From assembly GCA_965219455.1 (NCBI GenBank), contig OZ244744.1, positions 1,856,001-1,920,000 of the forward strand: DNA of 64,000 nucleotides, read 5' to 3'. Both the position numbers and the translations under genes were made by a program. Origin of the DNA: Candidatus Latescibacterota bacterium. GTDB lineage: Bacteria > Latescibacterota > UBA2968 > GCA-2709665. Numbering within the stretch: position 1 is the first letter of the stretch; each line of letters opens with the position of its first letter. Shown one piece after another: positions 31,701 through 40,920 of the stretch. The notes beneath the pieces are model-generated. The model made no database searches, was not told where the DNA came from, and saw nothing but the letters and a program-made list of their open reading frames with translations.

Positions 31701-32081
31701 CGCCAGTGCGTCCGCCGCCTCAGACACATCCTCCGCCCGGCTCACTCCCATCACAATCACGTGCCCCACACCCTCCACGGAACAAGGCGCCGTCCGGATC
31801 GCCCACCCTCCGGGCCCCGGCCACACCCGGTCTGTCAGATCGTACGCCCGGAAATATAGCGTTCGCAAAAGCGCGCTGTCCATCATATTCCCCAGCGCAA
31901 TCACATGGCGTCCGCCGATCTCACCACCCTCGTCAGGCAGAACGTCAACTGTAGACGGGAGCACCCCCTCCAGGACCGTTCTCAGACGCTCGGCCGCCAT
32001 GCGATAAGGCTCGGTGGAAGGCGAGACAACACAGATGCCAGAAGACAAATCTGTTTCATGGATCGGATCGGTAAAGGCCAT
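28749..32081 (-). CDS. Lyase-like/beta-propeller protein (paralog C1)
   Basis: RQNHQ, SHSYQD, DIDGDG/DVDGDG repeats; tandem triplet member. Confidence 0.75.
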   Translation of the reverse strand: MAFTDPIHETDLSSGICVVSPSTEPYRMAAERLRTVLEGVLPSTVDVLPDEGGEIGGRHVIALGNMMDSALLRTLYFRAYDLTDRVWPGPGGWAIRTAPCSVEGVGHVIVMGVSRAEDVSEAADALAEVIEANGPVLPFQYRAKPGKWADLYLAPARERLAAGDADLEREYTSGAGDWDYMGAIATIGMLAVRTGMEALMAMFCRQVCHFARTRWFERDLPDPPQIHGFLRTLLLPFTILENHPCIPKEQREETLEAFLGLYRSSEGAGNTGFLSHVGVDRVRQNHQTRSALDLFYGGRYFHQVHGLAEGLGWMKLAEVFFDPQMTSNKPVCDSWGHQWTASLFNTADYALASGKADYLSSKPYLEGVDRALVAHSNLEGGPQQYLLMASAVTRNDEYLHFCGVSDEDALAERAIGGREEPLRTWVTGRQAATPDRLGRVGVAPLSRLFYDSLEEFGGLAPEGVYLRDLPFEQTFDKVYFRSGWADDDDYLLLCGISGGSHSYQDGNCIVRYTGRGRNWFGGRVGPASVRDHNGVSIAVDGAGPGCESRYAALRYLEEGERLCVAGTSMKSPGQADWYRHIVHAKAGWFLVIDEVWARADGEYLVEDRWHVYGDVEMADGALRAVQGDARLQMRHTGSGCQELIPVTSALAEEGTRWVQRSMRGLRSGEGVRFATLFWSDEKAHPRTYALNPEASGYRVEGEGSAATVSLSAECAVVEVREDAAILPTAGTTLDGSDAGPFVAAGGDAKPVWRGLCGATVTATDVWEGGCVAGDDSGGITAFDRNGGIRWKHAVSGGVRTVLALSDGGVVAGGEAEAVHRLDGSGREVWSYQLEWQPMNWDYWTWLNCKVLSLAAGDIDGDGRQEILAGCADRHVYAFDEGGGLMWRSACQWGPPTCLAVARLRDGRGRQVLAGMADPSIHGCVRVFESDGACVQTLSRPDIMSWSIPSWSRCLRAADVDGDGWEEVLSGVDTNHRQLIVYNRDGDVLWDADLGGAALSVETAGGCVYVGASNGYVQCFKADGIRLWSRFLVEPVIGLAPDGNGGCLVALRGGAAVGLDAEGAVRSSGGDGVEVTAAAAWPDGGLVAGRRDGTVECFFWNSGSAGRSNRE

Positions 32082-32118
32082 CTCTCAATCCTCCGATTAT
32101 CGGTCGGCTTTCAGTATG

Positions 32119-35100
32119 CTAAACAAAGCAAGCCACCGTTCCGTCCCGCTTGCCCACCACCAGCCCGCCGTCAGGCCACGCCGCCGCCGCGGTGGCTGCG
32201 GTTCCTCCACCCGACCAGCTTATCTCTCCGTTTTCATCCAGACCCACTACCCTCCCATCCCAAAGGGCGACAAGACATTTACCTTCGCGCCCCGGCGAAA
32301 GTCCCACCACCGGCGCCGCCAGAAACCGGTACCACAGCCGCCGCCCACCCGCCTCGAAACACTGCACGTACCCGTTCGAAGCGCCCGCGTACACCCTCCC
32401 ATCGGCAACCGCCACCGACAGCACCGCACCCCCCACGTCCGCATCCCACAACACCTTCCCATCCCCTCCATAGACAATCAACTGCCTGTGATTCGTGTCC
32501 ACGCCGCTGAACACCTCTTCGCAGCCATCCCCATTCACGTCCGCCGCACGAAGACACTTCGACCAGGACGGAATGGACCAACTCATGACATCCGGCCGCG
32601 ACAGCGTCTGCACGCACACCCCGTCGGACTCGAACACCCGGACGCAGCCGTGAATCGACGGGTCCGCCATACCGGCCAGCACCTGCCGTCCGCACCCGTC
32701 CCGCAGCCGCGCCACCGCCAGACACGTGGGCGGACCCCACTGGCAGGCGGAACGCCACATCAAACCGCCACCCTCGTCGAACGCATAAACGTGACGGTCC
32801 GCGCATCCGGCCAGAATCTCCTGCCTGCCGTCGCCGTCGATATCTCCGGCCGCCAGGCTCAGCACCTTGCAGTTCAACCACGTCCAGTAGTCCCAGTTCA
32901 TCGGCTGCCACTCGAGCTGATACGACCACACCTCCCTGCCTGACTCGTCCAGCCGATGCACCGCCTCGGCCTCCCCGCCGGCCACGACGCCTCCGTCCGG
33001 GAGGGCAAGGACCGTTCGGATGCTCCCCGGAACTGCGTGCTCCCATCGTATCCCGCCGTTACGGTCGAACGCCGTGATGCCTCCACTATCGTCGCCCGCG
33101 AAGCAGCCTCCTTCCCACGCATCCATCGCCGTAACGGCTGCGGCACACGTACCTCGCCAGGCCGGCTTCGCTTCTCCTCTTTCAGCAAGGAACGGCCCGG
33201 CGTCCAATCCGTCCAGGGCGCTCCCGGCGGTGGGAAGCAGGGCCGCGTCGGCCTCAATCTCGACGCTACCACGTTCGGGCGAAAGTGAAACGGTTGCCTC
33301 CGTCCCTTCGCCCACTATCCGATAGCCCGACGCTTCCGGATTCAGGGCATACGTCCGGGGATGGGCAATCTCGTCGCTCCAGAACAGGGTGGCGAATCTC
33401 ACCCCTTCGCCGGAACGAAGTCCTTTCAGCGAGCGCTGCACCCACCGCGTCCCCTCCTTCGCCAGGGCGGACGAGACCGGAATCAGTTCCTGACACCCGC
33501 TTCCCGTATGCCGCATCTCCAACCGCGCATCACTCTGGACCGCACGCAGCGTCCCATCCACCATTTCCACGTCCCCGTAAACGTGCCAGCGATCCTCAAC
33601 CAGGTACTCGCCATCCGCCTTCGCCCAGACTTCGTCGATGACCAGAAACCATCCCGCTTTGCCATGCACGATATGACGATACCAGTCCGCCAGGCCGGGA
33701 GACTTCATCGACGTGCCCGCCACGGACAGGCGTTCTCCTTCCTCGAGGTATCGCAGCGCCGCATACCGGGATTCACAGCCCGGTCCCGCACCGTCAACAG
33801 CGATACTCACCCCGTTGTGATCCCTCACCGACGCCGGACCCACGCGCCCTCCGAACCAGTTCTGCCCCCGGCCGGTATATCTCACAATACAGTTGCCGTC
33901 CTGATAGGAATGGGACCCGCCTGAAATTCCGCAAAGCAGCAGATAGTCGTCGTCATCCGTCCAGCCGGAACGGAAATACACCTTGTCGAACGTCTGTTCG
34001 AATGGCACGTCACGCAGGTAAACACCCTCGGGGGCGAATCCTCCGGGATCCTCAATAGAATCGTAGAACAGCTGCGAGAGCGGAGCCACCCCGACACGCC
34101 CCATCCGCTCCGGCTCTGCGGCGTCCCGTCCCGTCACCCAGGTACGGAACGGTTCCACGTTTTGCCGCACGGCCTTCTCCGCCAGGGTGTCGTCATCCCG
34201 GGTCCCGCAGTGCTGGAGGTATTCGTCGTTCCCCGTCACCGCCGCGGCCATCAACAGATACTGCCGCGGCCCGCCTTCGAGGTTGCTGTGCGCGATCAAC
34301 GCCCGGTCCACGCCTTCCAGATACGGTTTGCTGGAGAAATAGTCCATCTTTCCCGAAGCCAGCGCATAATCGGCGGTATTGAAGAGCGAAAACGCCCACT
34401 GGTGCCCCCACGAATCGCAGACCGGCTTGTTCGAGTTCATCTGAGGCTCGAAAAACACGTCGGCCAGCTTCATCCATGCCCGACCCTCTGCCAATCCATG
34501 CACCTGGTGGAAATACCGGCCCCCGTAAAACAGATCCAGCCCCGACATCGTCTGATGGTTCTGCCGCACGCGGTCCACCCCCACGTGGCTCAGGAATCCG
34601 CGATTTCCGGCGCCCTCCGTGGACCGGTATAGCCCCAGAAACGCCTCGAGCGTCTCCTCTCGCTGATCGCCGGGAAGGCCGGGATGGTTATCCAGAACGG
34701 TGAACGGAAGCAGCATGGTCCTCAGGAACCCATGGATCTGGGGCGGGTCCGGCAGGTGGCGCTCAAACCACCGCGTGCGCGCAAAGTTGCAGACCTGCCG
34801 GCAGAACATCTGTATCAGAGCCTCCATGCCGGTCTGCACGGCCAGCATCCCGATCTCCGATATGGCCCACATGTAGGTCCAGTCTCCCGGACCGCTCGTG
34901 AACTCCCGCTCCAGCGCTTCGTCGCCAACGTTCAGCCGCTCTTGCGCCGGTTTCATGTACAGGTCCGCCCATTTTCCCAGGTTCACCCGATGCTGATACG
35001 GAAGCGCGGATCCCTCCGCCTCAATTGTACGTGCGAGCGCATCCGCCGCCTGGGAAACGTCATCCGCCTCGCTCACCCCAACCACGATCACGTGCCCCAC

Positions 35101-35412
35101 GTCCTCCAGGGAGTGCGGTGCAGTACGGATCGCCCATCCGCCGGGACCCGGCCAGACCCGGTCTGTCAGATCGTACGCCCCGAAATAAAGCGTTCTCAAG
35201 AACGCGCTGTCCATCATATTGCCCAGCGCGATCACGTGTCTTCCGCCCGCGTCCAGCCGCGCGTCCGGCAGAATCTCCACACTACCCGGGACCGTCCCAT
35301 CCAGGACGGCCTTCAGTCTTTCCGCCGCAGCCCGATACGGCCCGGTTTCCGGCGCCGATATGCAGACGCCCAAAGTCAGATCCGTCTCGTGAATCGGTTT
35401 GCAAAACGTCAT
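32119..35412 (-). CDS. Lyase-like/beta-propeller protein (paralog C2)
   Basis: Start reassigned to MTFCKPIHETDL (ATG 35412, AAGGAG RBS) by alignment with C1/C3. Confidence 0.75.
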   Translation of the reverse strand: MTFCKPIHETDLTLGVCISAPETGPYRAAAERLKAVLDGTVPGSVEILPDARLDAGGRHVIALGNMMDSAFLRTLYFGAYDLTDRVWPGPGGWAIRTAPHSLEDVGHVIVVGVSEADDVSQAADALARTIEAEGSALPYQHRVNLGKWADLYMKPAQERLNVGDEALEREFTSGPGDWTYMWAISEIGMLAVQTGMEALIQMFCRQVCNFARTRWFERHLPDPPQIHGFLRTMLLPFTVLDNHPGLPGDQREETLEAFLGLYRSTEGAGNRGFLSHVGVDRVRQNHQTMSGLDLFYGGRYFHQVHGLAEGRAWMKLADVFFEPQMNSNKPVCDSWGHQWAFSLFNTADYALASGKMDYFSSKPYLEGVDRALIAHSNLEGGPRQYLLMAAAVTGNDEYLQHCGTRDDDTLAEKAVRQNVEPFRTWVTGRDAAEPERMGRVGVAPLSQLFYDSIEDPGGFAPEGVYLRDVPFEQTFDKVYFRSGWTDDDDYLLLCGISGGSHSYQDGNCIVRYTGRGQNWFGGRVGPASVRDHNGVSIAVDGAGPGCESRYAALRYLEEGERLSVAGTSMKSPGLADWYRHIVHGKAGWFLVIDEVWAKADGEYLVEDRWHVYGDVEMVDGTLRAVQSDARLEMRHTGSGCQELIPVSSALAKEGTRWVQRSLKGLRSGEGVRFATLFWSDEIAHPRTYALNPEASGYRIVGEGTEATVSLSPERGSVEIEADAALLPTAGSALDGLDAGPFLAERGEAKPAWRGTCAAAVTAMDAWEGGCFAGDDSGGITAFDRNGGIRWEHAVPGSIRTVLALPDGGVVAGGEAEAVHRLDESGREVWSYQLEWQPMNWDYWTWLNCKVLSLAAGDIDGDGRQEILAGCADRHVYAFDEGGGLMWRSACQWGPPTCLAVARLRDGCGRQVLAGMADPSIHGCVRVFESDGVCVQTLSRPDVMSWSIPSWSKCLRAADVNGDGCEEVFSGVDTNHRQLIVYGGDGKVLWDADVGGAVLSVAVADGRVYAGASNGYVQCFEAGGRRLWYRFLAAPVVGLSPGREGKCLVALWDGRVVGLDENGEISWSGGGTAATAAAAWPDGGLVVGKRDGTVACFV

Positions 35413-35559
35413 ATCGCACTCCTTTACGCACGCCCGGAGGGCTCCAATTTGAAAAGGGATTGGTAAGCCACAGCCGGGCCGAATCTCCTTGCTCGGGATC
35501 GGCAAGCCGTTTCAACAGTTTCCCGGTTGACTACGCCCCGCGAGGTACCCCCAATACGG

Positions 35560-38500
35560 CTACCGGTAGAGCTCTATCGCTCCATCCTTTCTGCCCACCA
35601 GCAGACCCTGGTCCGCCCACGGAGACGCCCACTCCGCCGCTGTCGTTTCCGACGTTCCCGTGTTCATCGACTGAATCGCGCCCGAACCGTCCAGGCGAAC
35701 CACCGTTCCGCCGCGCAGGACCGCCAGACACCCGCCATTCTCATTCGGCGCCAGGCCGGCCACCGGCTCGACCAGAAGCCGGCGCCACAACCGGCTTCCT
35801 CCGGCGCCGAAACACTGCACGAATCCGTTCGACGCGCCTGCAAACACGCGTCCGTCAAAGACCTCCGCCGCGAGCACGGCGCCTCCCAGGTCCGCGTCCC
35901 AGACCACCTCGCCGTCCCGCCCGTATACAATCAACTGCCGGTGGTTCGTATCCACCCCGCTGATCACCTCGTCCTGGCCGTCCCCGTCCACGTCCGCCAC
36001 CCGCAGGCAGCGGGACCACGAAGGAATCGACCAACTGACGATGTCCGGGCGCTGCAGGGTCCGCGCCAGCGTCCCGTCCTTCCCGAAAACCAGGGTGTGC
36101 GCGTGAATGGCCGGGTCCGCCAGGCCGGCCAGCGTCTGCTGCTCCGTACCCTCCGTCAGGCGCGCGGTTTCCAGACAAACCGGCGGACCCCATTGGCAGG
36201 GGGAACGCCACAACAGGTTGCCCCCGGCGTCGAAAGCGTAGACGTGCCGGTCCGCGCATCCCACCAGAATCTCCTCCCGTCCATCCCCGTCAATATCGCC
36301 GGTCGTCAGGCTCAGTACCACGCAGTTCTTCCTGGACCAGCTATCCCAGTTCATCGGCTGCCACCGGATCCGAGACGACCAGAGTGTGTCTCCGGAAGCA
36401 TCCAGCCGGTACACGGTCTCCCCGTCGCCGCCCGCTGCGGCACCGCCGTCATTCATGCCCGCGAGCGCCCGGACGCCGCCTTCGATCTCTCGTTTCCAGA
36501 GTACGTCTCCGTCGGGATTGAATGCGGTCACCCCGCCGCTGTCGCCGCCGAACCCTCTTTCCGTCCCGATGTCCAGCGCCGTCACGGCATCCGCACAGCG
36601 TGTACGCCATACGGGCCTCGCCTCGCCGCCGGCAATTTGGAAAGGCGTGGAATCGGACGCATCGACAATTCGGCCGGCTGTGGGCAGCGTCGCGCCGGAG
36701 GCCGTGACCTCCGGGGTCTCAATGGTCTCCGTGAGTACAACCGCGGCGGGCTCGCGGCCCCCCTCGATCCGATAGCCGGTTTCCTCCTCGACCAGACTGA
36801 AATCCCTGCCATTACCGACCGGGTCGGTCCAGAAAAGCGTCCCGAACCGGATCCCTGTGCCCGGCTGAAGCGTCGCCGCCGACCGCTGGATCCACCGTGA
36901 GTGGTCGTCCGCGCACCAATAGTCCGATGCCACCAATTCCTGGCGACCGCTTCCCGCGTGGCGCATGCTCAATTGCGCATCGCCCTGAACCGAACGCAAC
37001 AACCCATCGGAAAGTGTCGCATCACCCAGAAGGTGCCAACGGCACTCCACCAGAAACTCTCCCGACACAGCTGGCCAGACCTCGTCGACGACCAGAAACC
37101 ATCCGTCACGGCTGGACACGATATGTCGATACCAGTCCCCCTGCTCGGGATAGGTCATCGACGTGCCGGCCGCGGAAAGCGACTCGCCTTCTTCAAGATA
37201 CCGCAGCGCCGCGTACCTGGACTCGCACCCCGGCCCGGCGCCGTCTACAGCAAGACTCACCCCCGTGTAGTCCCGAACGGTTGCCGGCGCATTGCCACCG
37301 GAACTCTTGAACCATGACGCGCCCCGGCTGGTGTAACGCACGATACAGTTACCATCCTGGTACGAATGCGAGCCCCCCGAAATCCCGTCCAGGAGCAGGT
37401 AGTCGTCCTGATCCGTCCATCCGGACCGGAAGTACACTTTGTCAAACGTCCGTTCGTAAGGCAAATTCCTCAAATATACCCCGTTCTCCGGCGCAAACGT
37501 GGTATAGTCTTCAATCGAATCGTAGAACAACCGCGAAAGGGGAGCCACGCCGACCCGACCCAGCCGTTCGGGCGCCGCCGCACGCCTTCCCGTCACCCAT
37601 GTCCGCAGAGGCTCTTCGGCCCCTCGAATGGTCCGTTCCGCCACCGCGCCTTCATCGATGGATTCACAAAGCTGCAGGTACTCGTCGTTGCCCGTTACCG
37701 CCGCGGCCATGCGGCAGTATTGTTCGGGGCCGCGTTCCAGGTTACTGTGTGCGAGAAGCGCCCGATCCACGCCCTCCAGGTAGGGGCGGCTTGAAAAGTA
37801 GTCCGTCTTTCCCGCGGCCAGCGCATAGTCCGCCGTGTTGAACAGCGAAGCCCCCCACTGATGTCCCCAAGAGTCACAGACGGGCTTGTTCGAAGCCATC
37901 TGTGGCGCAAAGAAGACCTCGGCCAACTTCATCCACGCCAGGCCCTCGGCCAGTCCGTGCACCTGGTGAAAATACCGGCCACCGTAGAAAAGGTCCAGCG
38001 CGGAACGTGTCTGGTGATTCTGGCGTACCCGGTCCACTCCCACGCAGCTCAGAAGGCCTGTATTGCCGGCCCCTTCCGCGGATCTGAAGAGTCCCAGCAG
38101 CGCCTCCAGCGTCTCCTCCCTCTGAGCGGCGGGAAGCGACGGATGGTTTTCCAGAATCGTGAACGGCAGCAGCAGCACCCGGATGAACCCGTGGATCAGC
38201 GTGGGATCCTCGAGCTTCCGCTCGAACCAGCGGGTGCGGGCGAAGTGGCAGATCTGATGGCAGAACATCGACATCAACACTTCATTTCCCGTCTGTACGG
38301 CGAGCATCCCGATATCGGCCACAACCATCATATAGGTCCAGTCGCCCGATCCGCCGCCAATGGATTCCTGCTCGATGTCCCGGTTACTTTTGGCTAACAA
38401 CTCCTGCGCAGGTTTCACGTACAGGTCCGACCACCGCCCCGGATGCAACTCGTATTGGAACGGCAGTCTCGGACCACTTTCAGCTATTGCACCGGCCAGC

Positions 38501-38874
38501 GCTCCCGCCGCGTCACGTATGTCCTCCGCGCTGCTCACGCCCGCCACGACGACATGCCCCACGTCGTCCAATGAATGAGGCGCCGTGCGCACCACCCACC
38601 CTCCGGGACCGGGCCACACCCGGTCGGTCATATCGTAGGCCCGGAAGTAGAGCGTTCGCAGGAACGCGCTGTCCATCATATTCCCCAGGGCGATCACGTG
38701 CCGGCCGTCTGCATCCAGCTTCCCGTCCGGCAGCACGTCCACTCGGTCCGAGAGGGTGTCCTCCAGCGTCCCCTTCAGACGCCCGGCCGCTTCCTGGTAG
38801 GGACCCGCCGCCGGCGCTGAGATACATACCCCCTCCGCCAGATCCGTCTCCTGAATCACAGGTGAGAATGCCAT
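35560..38874 (-). CDS. Lyase-like/beta-propeller protein (paralog C3)
   Basis: Colinear with C1/C2; GGAGG RBS. Confidence 0.75.
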   Translation of the reverse strand: MAFSPVIQETDLAEGVCISAPAAGPYQEAAGRLKGTLEDTLSDRVDVLPDGKLDADGRHVIALGNMMDSAFLRTLYFRAYDMTDRVWPGPGGWVVRTAPHSLDDVGHVVVAGVSSAEDIRDAAGALAGAIAESGPRLPFQYELHPGRWSDLYVKPAQELLAKSNRDIEQESIGGGSGDWTYMMVVADIGMLAVQTGNEVLMSMFCHQICHFARTRWFERKLEDPTLIHGFIRVLLLPFTILENHPSLPAAQREETLEALLGLFRSAEGAGNTGLLSCVGVDRVRQNHQTRSALDLFYGGRYFHQVHGLAEGLAWMKLAEVFFAPQMASNKPVCDSWGHQWGASLFNTADYALAAGKTDYFSSRPYLEGVDRALLAHSNLERGPEQYCRMAAAVTGNDEYLQLCESIDEGAVAERTIRGAEEPLRTWVTGRRAAAPERLGRVGVAPLSRLFYDSIEDYTTFAPENGVYLRNLPYERTFDKVYFRSGWTDQDDYLLLDGISGGSHSYQDGNCIVRYTSRGASWFKSSGGNAPATVRDYTGVSLAVDGAGPGCESRYAALRYLEEGESLSAAGTSMTYPEQGDWYRHIVSSRDGWFLVVDEVWPAVSGEFLVECRWHLLGDATLSDGLLRSVQGDAQLSMRHAGSGRQELVASDYWCADDHSRWIQRSAATLQPGTGIRFGTLFWTDPVGNGRDFSLVEEETGYRIEGGREPAAVVLTETIETPEVTASGATLPTAGRIVDASDSTPFQIAGGEARPVWRTRCADAVTALDIGTERGFGGDSGGVTAFNPDGDVLWKREIEGGVRALAGMNDGGAAAGGDGETVYRLDASGDTLWSSRIRWQPMNWDSWSRKNCVVLSLTTGDIDGDGREEILVGCADRHVYAFDAGGNLLWRSPCQWGPPVCLETARLTEGTEQQTLAGLADPAIHAHTLVFGKDGTLARTLQRPDIVSWSIPSWSRCLRVADVDGDGQDEVISGVDTNHRQLIVYGRDGEVVWDADLGGAVLAAEVFDGRVFAGASNGFVQCFGAGGSRLWRRLLVEPVAGLAPNENGGCLAVLRGGTVVRLDGSGAIQSMNTGTSETTAAEWASPWADQGLLVGRKDGAIELYR

Positions 38875-39215
38875 GGTTCAACCTCCTCCGTTCGGCTCGA
38901 ATACCTCCTCGAGCGCAACAATGAGACGCCCGGGTCCGCGCACGCCAGGCGTCATCGAAATTTCAACATCGGCCGTTCCGCGCGAACCGCTGAGTTGTCA
39001 TCACGGACGGACTTGTGGCCGCTGCCGTTCGTAAGTATCGACGTTTCCGACTCGCCACCAGCACGATATTATCGGGGAACACGATTCTAAATCTCCTGTT
39101 TCCTGGTGGACCTTCGTCAAATCATCCTCATATTCTGGCGGTGAATCGCCACAAACCAGAAACCGGCTGTTTCCAACCCTCCCACTTACGAGAAACTCTG
39201 GATCATCCGAATGAA

Positions 39216-39587
39216 TTACGGAAGAGGTTCAATTGTCACGCCACCCCCGTTTACAATCGTCAATGTTACGCGGTTCCCATAGAGCAACGACATACCGATC
39301 AGTGGTCCGCCTTCTGCTTGCAAGACAAGAACTTCGCGTTCCCGGCCATGCCATATCACCTTCGCGAGAAATACTTCCAACACGACCGTAGTTCCGTCAC
39401 CGAGGGTGGCACGCCGATTGCCAGCCGGTTGAAGTTCGAGGTGGTTGACCAAATCGATCGGTAGGATCAGATAGCCGTTGAAGCCTGTGTCAATTACCGC
39501 TTCGACGTTTTCGTTTTCATGACTTGAGCTAACGACTTCCAACTCGACGATCACTTCACGGTTAACCGTAATCCGTCCGATAATCAT
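39216..39587 (-). CDS. Clan AA (retropepsin-like) aspartic protease
   Basis: VIDTGF active-site motif, LGDG flap, LIGMSLL. Confidence 0.85.
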   Translation of the reverse strand: MIIGRITVNREVIVELEVVSSSHENENVEAVIDTGFNGYLILPIDLVNHLELQPAGNRRATLGDGTTVVLEVFLAKVIWHGREREVLVLQAEGGPLIGMSLLYGNRVTLTIVNGGGVTIEPLP

Positions 39588-39853
39588 CGTGTGTACACCG
39601 AAGAACCGCTACCGATGCGATATGCCGTCGGATACCCGATTCGCAAACCGTAAATGACCGCATTGGGATGGCAGGCAAGTAACTGTTTCGTAGCCGACAA
39701 ATCGTCATCGTTGATTGCATATTCGCCGGTTTCAATGTCAATGACCAAGTACTTGCCTTTGTGTTTGGGATTCACCTTGTCCTGGATCTGGTGCACGTAA
39801 ATGGACTCACCGCGCGTTGCGGCTTCATGGGACGTATAATTGATATCGGACAT
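39584..39853 (-). CDS. Small partner protein of aspartic protease (DUF5678-like)
   Basis: GKYLVIDIETGEY...RIG pattern; ATGA-coupled to the protease. Confidence 0.65.
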   Translation of the reverse strand: MSDINYTSHEAATRGESIYVHQIQDKVNPKHKGKYLVIDIETGEYAINDDDLSATKQLLACHPNAVIYGLRIGYPTAYRIGSGSSVYTR

Positions 39854-39904
39854 GCAATCTTCTCCTAAAGGTTTTGCACCTATCCTGATAGCAACTTGAC
39901 AGCG

Positions 39905-40138
39905 TCACACCGGACGTGGGATCCCTGGGACCGAGGGCATCTTCAAGCCCGCGCGAGCCCAGTCCTGCAACGCATAGTCCGTAGGTCCAAGTGCCACGTT
40001 CTGGCTTGTTATTAGTCCAACGACCAGATCGGGTCGCGAAGCGTGATAAGCCAAAGAGGAAATGACCGCAGTCGGCCGGCGTTTAACGCCCGTCACCCCG
40101 GGAAAGTCAAGCACCGCCACGTCACCCGGATTAAACAA
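39905..40138 (-). pseudogene. PemK/MazF-family toxin, C-terminally truncated
   Basis: PGDVAVLDFP...KRRPTAVIS...LITSQ...DWARAGLKMPS, then ends early at 77 aa. Confidence 0.65.
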
Positions 40139-40280
40139 GATCCTCGTCCTCCGGGTATAGTGTCTCCGCGTAATGTAAGGAAGCCGACGTTAGATCTTCC
40201 TGGTCTTGCTCACTCCAGGCATCACTACGGTCCACAACTGAATCGTCGGACTCCGTCTTCGCTTGCAGAATCGTCTTCAT
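40131..40280 (-). CDS. Small acidic putative antitoxin
   Basis: 49 aa (MKTILQ...WSEQDQEDL...), overlaps the PemK start. Confidence 0.5.
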   Translation of the reverse strand: MKTILQAKTESDDSVVDRSDAWSEQDQEDLTSASLHYAETLYPEDEDLV

Positions 40281-40513
40281 ATCCGACCAGTGGGTTTGCA
40301 CAGATCCAATGCTTGTCAACCGCGCCTTTAAGAGACGGATCCGACACAAGGCATACGCTTTGGCCCGGGACGAACTCCACGTGCGTTCACTCTCCAATAC
40401 GAAATTATGGGGGTCCTGCCGCAATCCCCCCTACCACACGGGCGCCCCCCGCCCGAATTGCCCTTGGCTTTTTCTACTCCTTGAACACCGCCGGCTCGCC
40501 GAACGGCGGACAT

Positions 40514-40816
40514 TCAACCCGGGCCGCCCGCACTTTTTGTATCATCTGATGGCTTCCACCGGGCTGCGTCCAGTATCGACCAGAGGTGAATCACGCACCC
40601 GAACAGGAAAATCAACGGTACGCCCCAGAAAACACCTTGGTCGGCGGAGGCAACAGACAGAATCACCCACCCCAAAAGGACAAACCACAGTAAGGCCGCC
40701 AGGATAAATTGGATGAGGGCCATTAGCAAACGTGCTTGAAGCAACTGGCCCAGACCGGGTACAAGAAGACTACACAAAGCTGCAAGGACATTGCCTGCCG
40801 AACCTTGCCCAGACAT
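40514..40816 (-). CDS. Small membrane protein (PGLGQ family)
   Basis: GSAGNVLAALCSLLVPGLGQLLQ, hydrophobic; GGAGGG RBS. Confidence 0.65.
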   Translation of the reverse strand: MSGQGSAGNVLAALCSLLVPGLGQLLQARLLMALIQFILAALLWFVLLGWVILSVASADQGVFWGVPLIFLFGCVIHLWSILDAARWKPSDDTKSAGGPG

Positions 40817-40920
40817 AAAATTCCCTCCCGATAGCGCTGCATTGATGCGACCCTGCCCGGCGGGAACCGACCGGGCCCGGTGTCGTTGCGCGATCGCGCC
40901 GGATCCATCACTAATCTCCC

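Noticed and set aside
28749-38874. Diversity-generating retroelement as the source of paralog variation
   Set aside because: There is no reverse transcriptase or template repeat in the window, and the differences are not visibly adenine-restricted
38875-39215. Possible structured leader or riboswitch upstream of the lyase-like triplet
   Set aside because: Several GC-rich hairpins are possible but there is no recognisable aptamer consensus; this is expected by chance at this GC content
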